Part shown: piece after piece, positions 48,768-58,046 of the stretch
Layout of the letters: each line of letters begins with the position of its first letter
Position numbering within the stretch: the first letter of the stretch is position 1
Assembly: GCA_019090895.1 (NCBI GenBank)
Contig: JAHRVB010000121.1
Span: forward strand, 10,513 to 74,512
Direction: 5' to 3'
Source of the DNA: Kangiellaceae bacterium
GTDB lineage: Bacteria; Pseudomonadota; Gammaproteobacteria; Enterobacterales; Kangiellaceae
DNA: 64,000 nucleotides
Notes under the pieces: model-generated
Told to the model about the DNA's origin: nothing
The model's database searches: none
The model's input: only the letters and a program-made list of their open reading frames with translations
Made by a program: the position numbers and the translations under genes

Positions 48768-49124
48768 ATGGCAGTTCAGACTATGCTAATTGTCGACGAT
48801 AGTCGTCTTTCCCGTATGTTGGTTAAAAACTTTGTTCAAAAAGTCCAGCCCGATTGGAACTTCATAGAAGCTCAAGATGGCGATGACGCACTAAAAAAGT
48901 GTGAGGGGCAACCCATTGATTGGATGACCATTGACTACAATATGCCCGGAATGGATGGCGTGACTCTCAGTATCAAACTGAAGCTCAAGTTTCCAGATGC
49001 TCATATCGCTTTACTCACAGCCAACATCCAAGACAGTGTTAAAAACGACGCGGCTTCAATCGACATCGATTTCATTCAAAAGCCAATCACAGAAGAAAAG
49101 ATACACAAGTATGTCGGTGGCTAG
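48768..49124 (+). CDS. Stand-alone CheY-like response-regulator receiver
   Basis: MLIVDDS, phospho-acceptor context TIDYNMPGMDG, LLTAN and QKP. ATG at 48768 follows an AGAGGT RBS; the track start is an upstream TTG. Confidence 0.85.
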   Translation: MAVQTMLIVDDSRLSRMLVKNFVQKVQPDWNFIEAQDGDDALKKCEGQPIDWMTIDYNMPGMDGVTLSIKLKLKFPDAHIALLTANIQDSVKNDAASIDIDFIQKPITEEKIHKYVGG

Positions 49125-49128
49125 GTAA

Positions 49129-49743
49129 ATGAAAAAACTAACTGAATTTCAACAAGATGCAATTGCTGAGCTATTAAACATAGGCATGGGCTCGGCAGCA
49201 TCTTCACTGAGTGAGATGGTGGGTGAAACAGTAATTCTTTCCGTACCGAGTGTGGCGTTTTTACCACAAGATATAGCCGTTGGCAAAATCAAGGAGATTG
49301 TTGGTGATCGAATCACTGCAGTGCGTGAATCTTTTAAGGGCTCGTTTTGGGGGGACGCATTACTGCTTTTCCCTGCCAACCAAAGTTTTGATTTGGTCAG
49401 AGCACTATTAAAGGATGATAGTCTACCTCTAGAAATGCTCTCTGAGATGGAGCAAGAAGCGCTGACTGAAATTGGCAATATCATTCTTAATGCTTGTTTA
49501 GGTAGTCTAGCCAATATTTTTAACCAAAATTTAACTTACCAACTGCCAGTTTATTCTCAAGGAGACTGTGAAGAAGTAATGACTGGCAATAGCGGTAACA
49601 GCAAGGAAGGAATTCTTCTTCTTAAAATGGAGTTTTCATTGCAAGAAACTAATATCAGAGGTGCGTTAAGCTTGCTACTTGACGTCGATTCTATGGAAGC
49701 ACTTACAACTGAAATTACTAATTATTTCGGTGACGGCAGTTAG
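49129..49743 (+). CDS. CheC-family CheY-P phosphatase
   Basis: Two copies of the [DS]-x3-E-x2-N-x22-P motif. DAIAELLN is followed by 22 residues then P. EALTEIGN is also followed by 22 residues then P, with Glu in the first position. Confidence 0.8.
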   Translation: MKKLTEFQQDAIAELLNIGMGSAASSLSEMVGETVILSVPSVAFLPQDIAVGKIKEIVGDRITAVRESFKGSFWGDALLLFPANQSFDLVRALLKDDSLPLEMLSEMEQEALTEIGNIILNACLGSLANIFNQNLTYQLPVYSQGDCEEVMTGNSGNSKEGILLLKMEFSLQETNIRGALSLLLDVDSMEALTTEITNYFGDGS

Positions 49744-49755
49744 GTGGGTCTGACG

Positions 49756-51936
49756 ATGAAATCTAATAAGCAGTTAAATGAAGAATATATAGGAACAGAT
49801 AACGCTAATACGAAAATTAATTACGATGCTTTAGCTTATGGCATGATTGACTTATGCGAATTTGGGTTGGTTATATTAGATGAATCTAACCAAGTCATCT
49901 ATTGGAACCAATGGATGGAAAATAAGTCAGGTTCTTCTAATTTAAAAATAATAGGAAAATCACTTGATACAATATTCAAGAACAACAACTTTACCCGCTT
50001 AAATCGCTCAATAGAAGACGCTCAAAACCAAGGCATGTCTTCAATTCTTTCTCCTAAGTTTAACCCTCATGTTCTACCGCTCTATACGAGCGATAAAGAT
50101 CATGAAGATAATAAATTAATGTCTCAGATGGTGACTATTAAACCATTAGGGATAAGAGAAAAACACAGCTTCATTCAAATCGTAGATGTAAGTGCTGCGA
50201 GCGCCAGAGATAAATTACTTCGTCAACAAGCGATTTTCTCCAATAGACAAGCCCTGCACACTGAAGCGATTTTAGGTTCGATCTTCGATGCGGTCATTAC
50301 AACTGATGAAAACGGTCGTATCGACTATTTAAACCCAATGGCAGAGCAATTAACAGGATGGGACGCAGAGCATGCTAAAGGAAGACTCCTGGATAAAGTT
50401 TTTAATTTGACCCATCAGGATTCAAAAAATAAACAAGATATGATTCACCAGAGTTTAAAAAATGGCACGAGCTTCTCATCTTGCGACAAAGGCGCCAATC
50501 TTATTCGTAATGATGCCGTTCAGCTCAATATTGATTTTTCTATAGCGCCGATCCGAGATCAACAACATCTTAGTAACGGGGTTGTCGTGGTGTTTCGAGA
50601 TGTTACTGATGCCAGAATTCTTGCCGATAAAATCAGTTGGCAAGCTACCCATGATGCATTGACCAATTTATTTAATCGAAACTCGTTTGACAAAAAATTA
50701 TACTCTGTGACAGAAGACGCACAGAAAAATAACAGTGTGCATTCTTTGTTGTACCTCGATCTCGATCAGTTTAAGATCGTCAATGATACCTGTGGTCATG
50801 TGGCCGGTGACGAACTACTTAAACAAATCGCCGATTTACTTGAAATTCATATTCGGGACAACGATATATTAGCCAGGTTGGGTGGCGATGAATTTGGCAT
50901 TATTTTAACCTCTTGCCCAGCAAGTATCGCTTTACGAATTGCTGAGTCTATTCGACAATCAATACAGGACTACCGGTTTGGATGGGAAGAGAAATCTTTT
51001 GCCATTGGTGTCAGTATCGGCATCGTAGAAATTTCGGCGATGAGCGAAAATGTCGAAAAAATACTTGGGGAGGCTGACGCTGCTTGTTATAGCGCAAAAG
51101 ATTCTGGACGAAATCAAGTGAGTCTATATCAACCTGAAGACAGCGACGCAGCAGATAGACACGGTGAAATGGCATGGTTTAGTCGTATTCAAGATGCGCT
51201 TGATAAAAACAGCTTTCTCGTTTATGCCCAAACGATTTTACCCTTGAATAAAAAGGAAAAAAAGAAACACTATGAAATATTAATCCGAATGGTGGATGAT
51301 AATGGTAGCATTATTCCACCCGGTGCTTTTATTCCTGCTGCTGAAAGGTACGGATTGATGTCTTCGATTGATCGGTGGGTTATTGACAAAGTTTTTCAAT
51401 CGGTAAAGAAATCGAAAGAGCGATTAGAATGTGAACTTCCGCACTTTGCCATTAATCTATCGGGTGCAACTTTAACCGATGGTGAAACACTTGATCATGT
51501 GACTAAACAAATTCAGCAGAACGATATTCCTAAAGATATGATTACATTCGAAATAACTGAAACCGCTGCAATATCAAATTTGTCCGCCGCCAATTATTTC
51601 ATTAAGAGCCTGAAAGATACCGGTTGTCGATTTGCATTGGATGACTTTGGAAGCGGGTTATCGTCTTTCGCTTATTTGAAAAATTTGCCCGTTGACATAC
51701 TCAAAATAGACGGTGCATTTGTTAAAGACGTACATCGAGATGAAATCGATCGAGCAATGGTTGAATCAATCAATCAAATTGGTCATGTAATGGGCCTTGA
51801 AACTGTGGCCGAGTTTGCTGAAAATGAAGAGATTATTGCTGTGCTTGCTGACATAGGAGTTGATTATATCCAAGGGTATGGAATTTCAAAGCCACGATTA
51901 TTAATCGACCCACAAGGTAATTTTTTGCTAGACTAA
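49756..51936 (+). CDS. PAS-PAS-GGDEF-EAL c-di-GMP turnover protein
   Basis: RLGGDEFGII with an RDND I-site. EAL-domain motifs YEILIRM, DDFGSGLSSFAYL, KIDG and IQGY. AGGTGG RBS before ATG 49756 (a GTG at 49744 is also possible). Confidence 0.9.
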   Translation: MKSNKQLNEEYIGTDNANTKINYDALAYGMIDLCEFGLVILDESNQVIYWNQWMENKSGSSNLKIIGKSLDTIFKNNNFTRLNRSIEDAQNQGMSSILSPKFNPHVLPLYTSDKDHEDNKLMSQMVTIKPLGIREKHSFIQIVDVSAASARDKLLRQQAIFSNRQALHTEAILGSIFDAVITTDENGRIDYLNPMAEQLTGWDAEHAKGRLLDKVFNLTHQDSKNKQDMIHQSLKNGTSFSSCDKGANLIRNDAVQLNIDFSIAPIRDQQHLSNGVVVVFRDVTDARILADKISWQATHDALTNLFNRNSFDKKLYSVTEDAQKNNSVHSLLYLDLDQFKIVNDTCGHVAGDELLKQIADLLEIHIRDNDILARLGGDEFGIILTSCPASIALRIAESIRQSIQDYRFGWEEKSFAIGVSIGIVEISAMSENVEKILGEADAACYSAKDSGRNQVSLYQPEDSDAADRHGEMAWFSRIQDALDKNSFLVYAQTILPLNKKEKKKHYEILIRMVDDNGSIIPPGAFIPAAERYGLMSSIDRWVIDKVFQSVKKSKERLECELPHFAINLSGATLTDGETLDHVTKQIQQNDIPKDMITFEITETAAISNLSAANYFIKSLKDTGCRFALDDFGSGLSSFAYLKNLPVDILKIDGAFVKDVHRDEIDRAMVESINQIGHVMGLETVAEFAENEEIIAVLADIGVDYIQGYGISKPRLLIDPQGNFLLD

Positions 51937-51987
51937 TATCCCAATAAAAGAAGCCTCCAGACTAGTCAATTACCTATGATACGACTA

Positions 51988-52989
51988 CTAACGAGGCGTT
52001 TCTCGTAAATCTTTATACTCAAATGGGTCAATATAAATATTGCTTGAACTAATACCTTTCAAAAAGGCACTTCGTTGAGTCTGTTTAACCATTTCAGGAT
52101 TTCCGCAGAGGTACAAAAGCGTATTGGCGTTTGGTTGCATTCTATCTAACGCGATTTGATTGCAATAACCATCTTCTAGTTTAACTGGACTTGAATTATC
52201 TTCCGTGTCCTGTTCGGAACGTTCTGATAAACAGGGAATATATTTTAGATTAGTATGTCGAAGTGTTAATTCACTGAGTTTCTGATGAAGGTACAGTTCT
52301 TCTAACGTTCGACCACCGTGATAAAAGGCGATCGTTCCTTGATGATTATTGTTGAGCGCATCTTTCAATATGCCTAAAAGGGGTGCTGCGCCAGTGCCAG
52401 TGCCAATTAGAATCAATTGACTACTAGGGTCTAAATCTGAATAAAAACACTCCCCAATGGGGCCTTGTATTTCAACATCATCTCCCTTTTCTAACTCGTC
52501 AAAAATCCACCGAGTCATCAGTCCATTTTCTTTTCTCTTTATATGAAGTTCTATTTCGTTGTTATCATTTGGTGTACAGGCAATCGAATAGCTGCGAACA
52601 ACTCCGTATGAGTTCTTAATATTAACGAATTGACCCGCGCGATAATCGAACGGAGTTTTTAGCCGTAAAATTAGTTGGCAAACGTCACGGTTTAGCATTT
52701 CTTTGCTTAACAATTTGGAGGGAATAAACAGAAGTTCAGTTCGAATGCGAGCGGCTTGTTGAACACGGGACGCGTTTTGTTGGCATGCGAGGAAATAGCC
52801 CAATTTTACAAACGTTGGCTTGAGGTTTTTTTGAGCAATAAGATCGATATCACCAACTAAGGATCTCACTAGACATGCCTGACAGTTACCCGACTTGCAA
52901 GAATAGTTAATCGCTACATCGTGTCGCAACAGGCAGTCTAAAACACTCTCATTATCGTTTGGTTGATAACTTTTTTGGTCGAATTTCAC
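51988..52989 (-). CDS. [2Fe-2S] ferredoxin plus FNR-type FAD/NAD(P)H oxidoreductase
   Basis: C-x4-C-x2-C...C cluster motif (CKSGNCQAC...LAC), RSYSIA flavin motif and GTGTGAAP nucleotide motif. Confidence 0.85.
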   Translation of the reverse strand: MKFDQKSYQPNDNESVLDCLLRHDVAINYSCKSGNCQACLVRSLVGDIDLIAQKNLKPTFVKLGYFLACQQNASRVQQAARIRTELLFIPSKLLSKEMLNRDVCQLILRLKTPFDYRAGQFVNIKNSYGVVRSYSIACTPNDNNEIELHIKRKENGLMTRWIFDELEKGDDVEIQGPIGECFYSDLDPSSQLILIGTGTGAAPLLGILKDALNNNHQGTIAFYHGGRTLEELYLHQKLSELTLRHTNLKYIPCLSERSEQDTEDNSSPVKLEDGYCNQIALDRMQPNANTLLYLCGNPEMVKQTQRSAFLKGISSSNIYIDPFEYKDLRETPR

Positions 52990-53036
52990 TTGTATTCGCT
53001 ACTTAGTCACGAAAGGCTGTAAGATCTCTTTATTAG

Positions 53037-53405
53037 TTAAAGTCCAAGAACATCATCGTGGGTGCTCCCAGCAATTGCCATGACCTCATCGATCAATCCG
53101 CTGGGAACATTCAGCTCGTTGAGTGTGGCAGCGAGATGCCCTGCTACCGCGTTAAAATGAGATTCGTTTAGTCCTTTTTCCACTAGAGGCGCGTGAGCTT
53201 TTCTCATGTCTTCACCGGTGTACTCATTGGGTCCACCAAACGCCATCGTCAGAAAACTTTTTTGTTTGGCTATTTGACCATCCATATCAACGTCATCAAA
53301 AAAGTCCGATATTAAATCGTCGCTTAGCACCTTGCGATAAAAAATATCAACCGCTGCATTAACAGCTCCTTCACCACCTATCCTTGCGTACAATGATTCA
53401 CTCAT
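53037..53405 (-). CDS. glbN: Group I truncated haemoglobin (trHbN)
   Basis: 122 aa with LYARIGGEGAVNAAVDIFYRKVLSDD...FF, QKSFLTMAFGGP..YTG.DMRKAH and HFNAVAGHL, the characteristic 2-on-2 globin group N pattern. Confidence 0.85.
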   Translation of the reverse strand: MSESLYARIGGEGAVNAAVDIFYRKVLSDDLISDFFDDVDMDGQIAKQKSFLTMAFGGPNEYTGEDMRKAHAPLVEKGLNESHFNAVAGHLAATLNELNVPSGLIDEVMAIAGSTHDDVLGL

Positions 53406-53595
53406 ATAGATACCCTCCGATTTAAATTTAACACCCTGTTTTACTATTACCCCGTACTACTACTATTTAGTGTAGTAAATCTAGGCAATAGATCAAATTT
53501 CAACCACTATCGCTAGGTAAGCGTCTGTTAGCATATTCATCAATAATGAGAGATATTCAGAAGATTCTTGTGCATTAAAATTTAAATAAATTTTG

Positions 53596-54207
53596 TCAAC
53601 GTTCCGGTTTAACGAAGTTCTGTCTTAAATTGTCAGCCTTTGCTCGATAGGCGCAGTCAGCAACATGGTCGTTGACAAGTCCCATTGCTTGCATAAACGC
53701 GTATGCAGTGGTCGGCCCAACAAATTTCCAACCTCGCTTTTTAAGGTCTTTTGAAAGGGCAAGGGACTCATTAGAAGTTGATACCATTGCAGCCGTAGTA
53801 CATCTTTTTTCAACTGGTTCGAAACTCCAGAAATATGCGGCTAAGCTTGTCTCTTGTTCGACTAATTCTATCGCACGTTTGGCATTATTAATTACAGCCT
53901 CAATTTTTCCTCGATGCCGTACAATGCCCTCGTCTTGGAGTAATCTTTCGATATCCTTCTCGTCAAACATGGCGACCTTCTTATAGTCAAATCTCTTAAA
54001 GGCTTTACGAAAATTTTCCCGCTTGGTCAATATTGTTCGCCAACTTAATCCCGATTGAAAACTCTCTAAGCAGACTTTTTCAAACAGACGAATATCTTCA
54101 TCGACGGGATAGCCCCACTCGTTGTCGTGATAATCAATATACTGCTCGGTAGCAGAACACCAACTACAGCGAGTCTTACCATCCTCTCCTTTTATGATGG
54201 ATCCCAT
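53596..54207 (-). CDS. tag: DNA-3-methyladenine glycosylase I
   Basis: CSWC...YHDNEWGYP, LFE..CLESFQSGLSW.TIL.KRENFRKAF. Confidence 0.9.
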   Translation of the reverse strand: MGSIIKGEDGKTRCSWCSATEQYIDYHDNEWGYPVDEDIRLFEKVCLESFQSGLSWRTILTKRENFRKAFKRFDYKKVAMFDEKDIERLLQDEGIVRHRGKIEAVINNAKRAIELVEQETSLAAYFWSFEPVEKRCTTAAMVSTSNESLALSKDLKKRGWKFVGPTTAYAFMQAMGLVNDHVADCAYRAKADNLRQNFVKPER

Positions 54208-54217
54208 GTGATTTCTC

Positions 54218-54505
54218 CTAATTTAGTAAAAATTGTAAACGCTGATCCGCTTTTTTTCCATCTACTTCCATAATCTCGGCCTTTACGACATTTTTTTGAA
54301 CGAAAGGATCTTGGCTGATTCTGTTGTTAATTTCGTCCGAAGTTTCTCCCTGAGCGAGGATGCATCCTCCGATTCCGGGTTGTATGGTACCCGCAAATAT
54401 AAATACTTGTTGTTCAAACCCTTTCTTAAGCCAACGATTATGTTCGTCCATTAGCTCACCAGCATTATTTTTGTTATCTGAAAATTTCAAAAAAATTATA
54501 TGCAT
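54218..54505 (-). CDS. YciI-like small protein
   Basis: 95 aa with a pattern similar to the YciI/DGPF family (HNRWL...GG......I..DPF). This is a weak motif-level call. Confidence 0.5.
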   Translation of the reverse strand: MHIIFLKFSDNKNNAGELMDEHNRWLKKGFEQQVFIFAGTIQPGIGGCILAQGETSDEINNRISQDPFVQKNVVKAEIMEVDGKKADQRLQFLLN

Positions 54506-54568
54506 GTTCGACCTTTAATTTGGTGGGTTCTAATAGATAAACTCGTTAAGGTTTAAGCGAATGATTGA

Positions 54569-55129
54569 TCACGCAAATTCGTCTAGCCATTCGTTAATTC
54601 GTTTCTCTTCGTTTCGTATAAATTTCTCATCTTTAAAAGCATTGGCCAGTGTAGCAACTCCCTGACTGAGTGCAATGAGATGCATTGCGAGTTGGTCTGC
54701 ATCGTCCCGCCCTAACGATAAAAATTGATGTTTTAACCAGCCATGAAAAAGTGTAAATACTTTATTCGCATGTTTCTCTAGAGGATGATTTAGCTTGCTT
54801 AGTTCTGCGGTTAAAGTACCAACCGGACACCCAAAATGCTGTATATCTCTCTGATTTGAGACCAATATTCTAACGAAACACCGTATGCGATCAATCGTCT
54901 CATTACCTTCAGCCTCCCAGTCATCTAACATTTGTTGAGTGTTTGATAACCGAAGTCTAATTACTGCATCTAACAATTCATCTTTCGTTTTGAAGTGATA
55001 GTAAAAATTACCCCGAGATATTCTTACTACTGCAGCTATTTGCGCAAAGGAAGTATGCTCAAACCCTTGTTGATAGAAAAGGATATCTGCCTTTTCTACT
55101 ATTCTTACACCTGTTGTTATCTTAGTCAT
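54569..55129 (-). CDS. TetR-family transcriptional regulator
   Basis: N-terminal HTH (ADILFYQQGFEHTSFAQIAAVVRISRGNFYYHFKTKDELL). Confidence 0.85.
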   Translation of the reverse strand: MTKITTGVRIVEKADILFYQQGFEHTSFAQIAAVVRISRGNFYYHFKTKDELLDAVIRLRLSNTQQMLDDWEAEGNETIDRIRCFVRILVSNQRDIQHFGCPVGTLTAELSKLNHPLEKHANKVFTLFHGWLKHQFLSLGRDDADQLAMHLIALSQGVATLANAFKDEKFIRNEEKRINEWLDEFA

Positions 55130-55329
55130 ATCCTACTTAACCATTCGAATTTTTCCATTTACACCAATCCATTTATGAGTGGAATGAATCCAGCCAAATA
55201 ATAGGACAACTGTCCTAAAAAATCAAATTAGTTTAAAGTACACTCATCTGTAATTTTCATTTAGTCAGTATTTGTTGTTATTATAGCCTGTTGATTCGTC
55301 AGACCGATTTCCGATAAAAAGGCCCAAAT

Positions 55330-56193
55330 ATGATTCAAAACTCTCCGCTAAAACTCCTAGCCATTATTAGTATTTTCGTACTTACCTCTTGTTTCGACTC
55401 AAATTCTCGACAAGAATCCGTTGAAGAAATCAAAGAATATCAGCTAACCCAAACTTATACGGTGGGCAGCAACTTTAGAGATTGCCAGTTCTGTCCCTCG
55501 ATGATTACCCTGCCCGCCGGACAATTTAGCATGGGTTCAGAAAAGCACGACATAGGACCTGTTCATTTGGTGACTATCGATTATAGTTTTGCCGTCGCAA
55601 AATTCGAAACCACCTATCAAGAATGGCAAGATTGTGTTGAAGATGGACACTGTGTTGCCCTTGCGCGCAATAAGCGCATTAAAACTGATCGTAGCAAAAA
55701 ACCAGTAACCTTGATCACTTGGTACGACGCTAAGAAGTACGTGAAGTGGCTAAGTCAAAAAACCGGTCAAAATTACCGCCTTCTAACGGAAGCTGAATGG
55801 GAATACGCCACAAGAGCAGGTACCACTACGACCTATTTTTGGGGTGACAATTTAGGTAAGAACAATGCCAATTGTGAAGATTGCGACCCAGCTTGGGAAG
55901 GCCGGCGCCCAGTTGAAGGGGGCTCTCAAAAAGCTAATCCTTTTGGCCTGCATGATACCGTGGGAAATGTTTATGAGTGGGTAGAGGATTGTGCTTGGGA
56001 CAGGGATTACAGTCGTGGCGCTCCGACTGACGGCTCCGCATGGACAGAAGATGAATGCCGATATCGCGGTGTGCGCGGCGGTTCTTATGGTAGTTATTAT
56101 GAATTCATACGTTCTGCAAGTCGTTATCAAGAAGAAGCCATTGATAAGCTTTACACGGTCGGTATGCGGGTCGCTAGGGATATCATAAAATAG
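55330..56193 (+). CDS. Formylglycine-generating-enzyme (SUMF1/FGE) family lipoprotein
   Basis: Lipobox (FVLTSC), EAEWEYATRAG, GLHDTVGNVYEWVED and VRGGSY. Confidence 0.8.
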   Translation: MIQNSPLKLLAIISIFVLTSCFDSNSRQESVEEIKEYQLTQTYTVGSNFRDCQFCPSMITLPAGQFSMGSEKHDIGPVHLVTIDYSFAVAKFETTYQEWQDCVEDGHCVALARNKRIKTDRSKKPVTLITWYDAKKYVKWLSQKTGQNYRLLTEAEWEYATRAGTTTTYFWGDNLGKNNANCEDCDPAWEGRRPVEGGSQKANPFGLHDTVGNVYEWVEDCAWDRDYSRGAPTDGSAWTEDECRYRGVRGGSYGSYYEFIRSASRYQEEAIDKLYTVGMRVARDIIK

Positions 56194-56197
56194 CAAT

Positions 56198-56217
56198 AAA
56201 AGCCTTCAGAGGCTTTT
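56198..56217. terminator. Bidirectional hairpin terminator between convergent genes
   Basis: AAAAGCCT-tcag-AGGCTTTT, an 8-bp perfect stem flanked by A/T runs. Confidence 0.6.
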
Positions 56218-56246
56218 GTTGATCGATAGGTAATGGTGCTTTATCG

Positions 56247-57149
56247 CTATTTAGAAATTCGAATTAGATCATCTCTATTTACACTAGGTCTAGGAACTCC
56301 AATATTTCTTGCCAATCCTAAGTAAGCCAACCCTTTTATAAAATACCACGCCGGGTCGCTCTGGCCTGGTTCAATCCCGATACGAGCAGATTCAGGGAAG
56401 GCATGATGATTGTTGTGCCAACATTCTCCGTAAGTTAACATTCCTAGTCCTGGGATATTTGAAGCTTGTACGGCTGCATCTTTTACATGCCATAAACCTG
56501 GTCCTGGGTTATGACAGAAATATGTAATAGTCCAATGGCCTATAATGCTAATTGAAACCCTGACAAATATGCCCCAAACAACCAGCGACCAACCACCGAT
56601 CAAGTAGAAAACAAGACTCAATAGAAATTGATGCAGCCGCCAGTATTTTTCTAGGTTAATGTAAAATTTCTCTTGGTTATACTTAGCTTCTATTTCTAAC
56701 TTCGGCGGACTTTCGAAACTAAACCGGCTCGTTAATTGCCACCATAGGTCCAATAGGTAATATTTCTTATGGGAAAAGAAGTCGTGACATTCTTCTTGAC
56801 GTTGTGCCCAATCCCTTGTGTCGTGAATGGCTATAATTCCTTTAGGACTAGACATTCCGACTAACACACCTATGTATATTAGCGTTTTTTCTACCAGAGG
56901 ATGACACTCAAAGGTACGATGAATCATCATGCGATGCATACCTACACTATGCCCAATTAACAAAGAGAAATAGGTCAGTGTCAGAAAAAAAATGAAACTA
57001 ACCATACTAAATGTAAATGGCGCAAAAATTATCGCTAACAATATCATGCCAACATTCCAACAAGCTTTACCGGGGTCTAACTCTACAACACCCCGAGTGG
57101 CACTAGCGCCATCGCCCTGGATTCTATGGACCGGATCCATCATTGACAT
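56247..57149 (-). CDS. Membrane fatty-acid desaturase family protein
   Basis: His boxes HRMMIH and WHNNHHAFP, and TM helices. I could not see a canonical middle HRxHH box. Confidence 0.7.
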   Translation of the reverse strand: MSMMDPVHRIQGDGASATRGVVELDPGKACWNVGMILLAIIFAPFTFSMVSFIFFLTLTYFSLLIGHSVGMHRMMIHRTFECHPLVEKTLIYIGVLVGMSSPKGIIAIHDTRDWAQRQEECHDFFSHKKYYLLDLWWQLTSRFSFESPPKLEIEAKYNQEKFYINLEKYWRLHQFLLSLVFYLIGGWSLVVWGIFVRVSISIIGHWTITYFCHNPGPGLWHVKDAAVQASNIPGLGMLTYGECWHNNHHAFPESARIGIEPGQSDPAWYFIKGLAYLGLARNIGVPRPSVNRDDLIRISK

Positions 57150-57193
57150 ACACTCCTTAAATTAAAATGAATAACCAATTGCAAATATTGAGC

Positions 57194-57841
57194 TCAATTT
57201 TGTTTCGCATAGGCCTTAAACACACCAACTTGTTCGAATACCCTGCCCAGCCAGAGGTGCTCCACTTGCAAACTGAATTCAAACTGTCCATTTGCTATTG
57301 CCTTTTGAGACACTAAAGTTTTACCCGGAGAAAGAACATCTGGAATAGTCAGTTTGAAGTTTTTGTACTGCCAAAAAAATTCAGTACTTTCAAAACAAAG
57401 TGCCCCACCTCTTTCACTCACCTCTAGTTTCATACCAAAGCCTGCACCTACTAATTCGACCAATCCGCCCTCAGGCAGTAAACATTTAGTAGACTTTACT
57501 CGGTTAACCGGCTGTTTTTCGAATGAATAAAAACGGTCCCAATTCATACCATTTTTGCTCTTACTTGGATAAACATTAACTTCAACGGGTACGTTTTCGC
57601 CAGTATGCAATGCCAATGGTGTGCCAATGAGTTGGCAAATTTGGGCAAATAATCGTCCCATTCTTGAGGCTTTAACATGCTTCATCACGCCTTTGTAAGT
57701 AACAGCTTGCTTTGCATTCAGTCCAAACCTTTGCTGAATGTCAGGATGAAGCTTTGACCAAGACTTAACGCCTAATAGGTTAAGGTAAGAGAGGTTTGTT
57801 TCCATTTTATCAAGGTCAACTCTTGGTGGGTTAATGCTCAT
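57194..57841 (-). CDS. Conserved hypothetical protein, possibly DUF4166-like (low certainty)
   Basis: ORF with a 44-nt gap to the desaturase gene on the same strand. No catalytic motif recognised. Confidence 0.4.
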   Translation of the reverse strand: MSINPPRVDLDKMETNLSYLNLLGVKSWSKLHPDIQQRFGLNAKQAVTYKGVMKHVKASRMGRLFAQICQLIGTPLALHTGENVPVEVNVYPSKSKNGMNWDRFYSFEKQPVNRVKSTKCLLPEGGLVELVGAGFGMKLEVSERGGALCFESTEFFWQYKNFKLTIPDVLSPGKTLVSQKAIANGQFEFSLQVEHLWLGRVFEQVGVFKAYAKQN

Positions 57842-58046
57842 TGTCTTTCCCCTGTACTCCTATTCTTATTCGTTTTGTAAGTTATTATCCAACGAATAAC
57901 GTCTCATAAATTCCCTACAACACAGAGTTTATCTAACCTGAATAAGGAAAAACTCCTATTTGATAAATATTGAATAAGAAAACAATTTAATAATAAAAAT
58001 CAATAAGTTAAAGAGTTCCAGAATGATAAATCGAGAGATATGATGA

